From NCBI GenBank assembly GCA_049570475.1, contig CP186953.1, positions 544,001-608,000 on the forward strand: DNA of 64,000 nt. Direction: 5' to 3'. Source of the stretch: Candidatus Methanosuratincola verstraetei. Lineage in GTDB: Archaea; Thermoproteota; Methanomethylicia; Methanomethylicales; Methanomethylicaceae. Numbering within the stretch: the first letter of the stretch is position 1; each line of letters starts with the position of its first letter. The translations under genes and the position numbers were made by a program. Positions 60,421 to 64,000 of this stretch are shown here, piece by piece. Below the pieces are notes generated by a model that saw nothing but the letters and a program-made list of their open reading frames with translations, was not told the DNA's origin and made no database searches.

Positions 60421-60541
60421 ACGCTACCACCACAAAACAGAGTGACTCTAGAGACACCCGAAACCGGGCTACCTTTCAGCAAAACAAAGCAATTAATAAA
60501 GTTTTTGCTGGGGTGCGATACTGTACCCTCCTAAAAGGTGG

Positions 60542-60679
60542 TGGTCCCGCCCGCCGGATTTGAACCAGCGACCACCCGGTACTTGCCCTGCTGGCGCGAG
60601 GACATCTTCCGCCAAAGGCGACTTCCCACGCGCGACCATCGGTCTACAGCCGGGCGCTCTACCACTGAGCTAGGGCGGG
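60542..60679 (-). tRNA. tRNA-Tyr(GTA) with 63-nt intron (60581-60643)
   Basis: C1-G72 acceptor CCCGCCC/GGGCGGG, A73, CCA, CCCGG-CTGTAG^A-CCGGG. Confidence 0.92.
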
Positions 60680-60768
60680 CTGGAAGAAAGATATTCGGAC
60701 CCTTTATTAAAAATTTTGTCTTGCGTTGGGACCGCCCGCTAGGCGATCCCAAACAAGGCTCTCAGGCG

Positions 60769-62001
60769 CTACGGCCTCGCCCCGAGGGTGGCGCGGATCT
60801 CCCTGACAGCCCCATCCCGGAGGACAGTGAGTGCGATCTGCTGACCAGGGTATCGGGTCACAAGGTACGAGGAGAGCTCGTCCATGCTCTTGATCTTCAC
60901 CCCGTCGATGTAGAGTATGATGTCCCCGCCGGCACGGATCAGGTCCCCCCCAACCGTCACGGACTGGTTACCTCCCCTGATGCCTGCGCGATCTGCAGGT
61001 CCCCCGCTGATTACCGTCTGGACGAGCACCCCCCAGGTCTGGTTGAGCCCCAGTGCCCTCGAGGCGGCATAGTTCAAGGAGTAACCGGTTATCCCCAAGT
61101 ATGGGTGGACGTACCCGCCCGTCTCGACGAGGCTAGCGAACTCCCGGATTATCGTGTCGGACGGTATGGCGAAGCCGACATTCTGGGATCCGGTTATGAT
61201 TGCCGTGGTTATCCCCACGACCCTCCCCTGGGAGTCGAGGAGCGGCCCACCGGAGTTCCCGGGGTTGATCGGGGCGGTTATCTGGATTACGCCCGCTATG
61301 CTGAAGTTGCCCGCGGTCTCGGTCTGGATCGCCCGGTTGATCTGGCTCACAATGCCTGAGGTCATCGTGCTCTCGAGACCATACGGGTTGCCTATCGCTA
61401 TGACCAGGTCCCCGACGCTCAGGCTTGAGGAAGAGGCTATCGTCAATGGGACCAGCTTCTCAGCCGGGGCAGAGGCACGGAGGACCGCGAGGTCGCTGTA
61501 CTTGTCCAGCCCGATGACCTCGAACGGGTATGCCTCTCCGTCTACGAAGGTGACGGATCCGTTAACCACGCCGCTGACGACGTGGTAATTGGTCACGATG
61601 AGGGACTCGCCTGTGAGGTTCACGACGAACCCGGACCCGATGACCGAAGTGTAGGAGGTCCTGCCAAAGATGTCAGTGGATTGGACGAGGCCGCTCACGG
61701 TGACTATCGAGTCCCTCACCGACAAGTACACCTGGTTTATGCTCTGCACGGTCAAGTTCCTTGCCTGCATATCGTTGATCTGGGACTGGAGGGCGGCCAC
61801 CTGGGACTCTAGCGCCCCGATCCGCTGGACCAGCGCGGTCTCGTTGACAGAGGTCCCAGAGCCCTGATTGAAGAGGAGGCCGACGTACATGCCGGCGACG
61901 AAAATTATGAGGAGGAGCGGTATTATGCTTGCCCTGGACGCTGAGGCAAACTTCGGGGCGGGCATGCCGAACACCAAATCCCCCTCTTTACCAGGTTCCA
62001 A
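60769..62001 (-). CDS. HtrA/DegP-like membrane serine protease with PDZ domain
   Basis: TM plus coiled coil, TNYHVV, DLAVL, GNSGGP, PDZ; start may be ATG 61965. Confidence 0.93.
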   Translation of the reverse strand: MEPGKEGDLVFGMPAPKFASASRASIIPLLLIIFVAGMYVGLLFNQGSGTSVNETALVQRIGALESQVAALQSQINDMQARNLTVQSINQVYLSVRDSIVTVSGLVQSTDIFGRTSYTSVIGSGFVVNLTGESLIVTNYHVVSGVVNGSVTFVDGEAYPFEVIGLDKYSDLAVLRASAPAEKLVPLTIASSSSLSVGDLVIAIGNPYGLESTMTSGIVSQINRAIQTETAGNFSIAGVIQITAPINPGNSGGPLLDSQGRVVGITTAIITGSQNVGFAIPSDTIIREFASLVETGGYVHPYLGITGYSLNYAASRALGLNQTWGVLVQTVISGGPADRAGIRGGNQSVTVGGDLIRAGGDIILYIDGVKIKSMDELSSYLVTRYPGQQIALTVLRDGAVREIRATLGARP

Positions 62002-62067
62002 TTAAGCTTTGAGGGGGCAAGAGATAGGTTTTAATATTGCACTTGAAAAAAGAATCGGGGAAGGGCT

Positions 62068-62177
62068 GCCCTGGTAGTATAGTTCGGCCCAGTATACAGG
62101 CCTGTCGAGGATAGCCTCCTTGAACAGGCTTCCACAGATAGTCTGTGACCCGGGTTCAAATCCCGGCCAGGGCGCCA
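62068..62177 (+). tRNA. tRNA-Asp(GTC) with 32-nt canonical intron (62108-62139)
   Basis: GCCCTGG/CCAGGGC, G73, CCA; BHB CTGT/ACAG with CGA and ATA bulges. Confidence 0.93.
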
Positions 62178-62304
62178 GCCTTTTCAAGTTCTCGAGACCA
62201 GCCGAAGGGCATAGAATAGAAGCCCAGCAAGATATCCCCGACAACAGTCAATCGAAAATTGGGATGCCCATCATGGTTCTGAACCCAGAGGGGCGCGGGA
62301 TCGA

Positions 62305-62811
62305 TCAGGAAGACTTTTCCTTTTCGCTGGAGCGGAGCGCTTCGACAAAAGCCTGGACCTGCGGATCGAATTTGCCAGACTTTACGTCCTTGTGCAATAC
62401 GGAGAGCTTGGCGACGGGATCGCCTTTTATGAGCGTGCAGAAGTCCTTCACTGCCTTCGGCTGCTCGCTGGAGTAGGAGGTGTAGAAGAGGGCGTACTTC
62501 TTCTCCTGCGCGACCTCTGGGACAATCTTTGTGAGGTAAGTCCTCACGGCAGGGGTTATGTTCCCGGCCCAAATTGGAGTCCCCACGACTATAAGGTCAT
62601 ATGCCGATGGGTCCTGGTCTGGTGCCTTTATCTGGGTCAGCTTCCTGGTGTAGGACGAGTAGCCTGCCCCCAAGAATCCGAAGAGGCCCTTCCTGTTCTT
62701 CAGGTCGACTATCTCGGCCAATTCGCACCCTAGGAGCGAAGCGATCTTCTCGGCAACCATCCGGGTGTTCCCTGTCCTCGAGTAATACACGACGAGCGGC
62801 TTCATATCCAT
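62305..62811 (-). CDS. Flavodoxin family protein
   Basis: YYSRTGNT..VA, GTPIW. Confidence 0.88.
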   Translation of the reverse strand: MDMKPLVVYYSRTGNTRMVAEKIASLLGCELAEIVDLKNRKGLFGFLGAGYSSYTRKLTQIKAPDQDPSAYDLIVVGTPIWAGNITPAVRTYLTKIVPEVAQEKKYALFYTSYSSEQPKAVKDFCTLIKGDPVAKLSVLHKDVKSGKFDPQVQAFVEALRSSEKEKSS

Positions 62812-63012
62812 CATTATCACTTACTTGAAGGGGAGTTATTAAACATCCGCTTTTGCCGGGTTCATTCCCTCGAAGATTCAGGATGTAACGGAAAAGGAGA
62901 GGGAGAGGGAGAAGAGAGGCGCATTGGCGGCGGGGCGGGATCAGCACCGGAATGATCAGGTGGCGGGGAAACAGGAAGGGAAAAAGAAAGCAGGCGGCAA
63001 AGACCCTGAGCC

Positions 63013-63720
63013 TCAGCCATCCAGCTCATTGCCGAGCCTTGATGCGGCGGCTGCGGGGTCAGGGGAGGCGTAGATCGTCCTGCCCACTATCCCGTGCCAG
63101 CGCCTCCCCATCACGGATCGGAGCGCCGACAGCTCTCCGCCCTGGGCCCCGACCCCGGGGAGAAAGAAGACGGGATCGCTCACCCTTGCCTCGATCTCCT
63201 GCCTCAGCTCGAGCGTCTGCTCCGGCTTGTTCGCAGGCAGGACGAACTGGTCTACCCCGAGGTCCGACGCGATCTGGAAGATCCTGCTGACGACCCCCCT
63301 GGTGAAGAAGCCGCCGCTCTCTGCCATGAAGTCTGGGGTGGTCATCATTGCACCGACTATGGGGGTGACGCCCTCCCGCTGCAGGGCCCTGATCCAAGCC
63401 TCCTCGGTTGAGGGGCTCGAGAAGGGGAAGAGTATCGCATAGTCGATTCCTGACGAGGACATCACGCCGGCGAAGAGGCTGGCTGTGTGCGGGACGTCGG
63501 TCCCTCCCTTCTGGTGGTCGTACATCACCGGCTTCTTGGTGTATTCCCTTATGAGTGAAACCAAGCTGGGGAGCCCGTACCTGAGCCCGAGGGAGAAGCC
63601 CAGCTTGTAACCCCCGACCGCCGCGACTTGGTGGGTCGAGGCAACGAGCCTCTCGAGCGAGGCGATGTCCTGGACATCGCACGCTATGACGATGCTCTTG
63701 TCCCTGGATATGGTCGTCAC
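63013..63720 (-). CDS. pyrF: Orotidine 5'-phosphate decarboxylase
   Basis: IACD, YK.G, DHQKGGTDVP.T, PGVGAQGG, IVGR.IY. Confidence 0.88.
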   Translation of the reverse strand: MTTISRDKSIVIACDVQDIASLERLVASTHQVAAVGGYKLGFSLGLRYGLPSLVSLIREYTKKPVMYDHQKGGTDVPHTASLFAGVMSSSGIDYAILFPFSSPSTEEAWIRALQREGVTPIVGAMMTTPDFMAESGGFFTRGVVSRIFQIASDLGVDQFVLPANKPEQTLELRQEIEARVSDPVFFLPGVGAQGGELSALRSVMGRRWHGIVGRTIYASPDPAAAASRLGNELDG

Positions 63721-64000
63721 GACCGCCTCCCCCCGTACTCCCTTAGGTGCGATCGGATCGATGAGAGTGCCCCCTCGGGTATGATGCCTGACCGGGACGC
63801 GGCCTCGGCGATCTCCTCAATCGTGGCAATCGAATAGACCCTGATCCCGTACCTCTGCTGGAACTCACCCGTGGCGCAGAGATCGGTCTCGCCCCGCTCG
63901 AGCCGGTCCACCGCGATCAGCACGTATGGGATCTCGACCTTAGCAGCCGACCTGAGGACGTCGAGGATCTCCTCCTTTGTCTTCCCGGTCGTCATAACGT
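63717..64000 (-). CDS. pyrE: Orotate phosphoribosyltransferase, 3' part
   Basis: PRPP motif tail DVMTTG.T, VDR.E; overlaps pyrF start. Confidence 0.8.
   Translation of the reverse strand, partial: VMTTGKTKEEILDVLRSAAKVEIPYVLIAVDRLERGETDLCATGEFQQRYGIRVYSIATIEEIAEAASRSGIIPEGALSSIRSHLREYGGRRS

Noticed and set aside
44811-62244. ORFs overlapping tRNAs (44811-45101, 60531-60752, 62002-62244)
   Set aside because: Spurious translations of tRNA genes
62952-63009. Possible C/D sRNA (ATGATCA...CTGA)
   Set aside because: No C'/D' boxes, stem or guide; purine tracts are better explained as minus-strand terminator sequence after pyrF
1-64000. CRISPR arrays, IS elements, rRNA genes
   Set aside because: No repeat-spacer arrays, transposases or rRNA sequence found; intergenic gaps are all short

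Overview
Archaeal core-genome window of TACK type: fused rpoB, split rpoA'/A'', and S12-S7-tuf-S10 without EF-2. A Methanomethylicia/Verstraetearchaeota-like lineage is inferred but not verified. It holds the S10/spc/alpha/str ribosomal superclusters, RNA polymerase genes, translation factors, the isoprenoid cluster, gltX, valS, rtcB plus archease, four intron-containing tRNAs (five introns) and a ~4 kb metal/oxidative/UV stress block. The main finding is that the aIF5B (IF2) gene is interrupted at the switch-I Thr codon by a 27-nt insertion with an in-frame TAA (6818-6844, minus strand). The insertion folds into a canonical bulge-helix-bulge (BHB). Cutting at the standard BHB sites restores ...GAM|TQHIGA... 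exactly, so this is a tRNA-type intron in a protein-coding mRNA other than cbf5, which is intron-free here. Other findings: a candidate box C/D sRNA with a 23S rRNA-complementary guide, an unannotated 24-aa ORF with its own promoter and RBS, a catalytically degenerate mevalonate kinase, a probable AUA start for NusA, and L34e/L14e missing from their usual positions. No CRISPR array or mobile element was seen.
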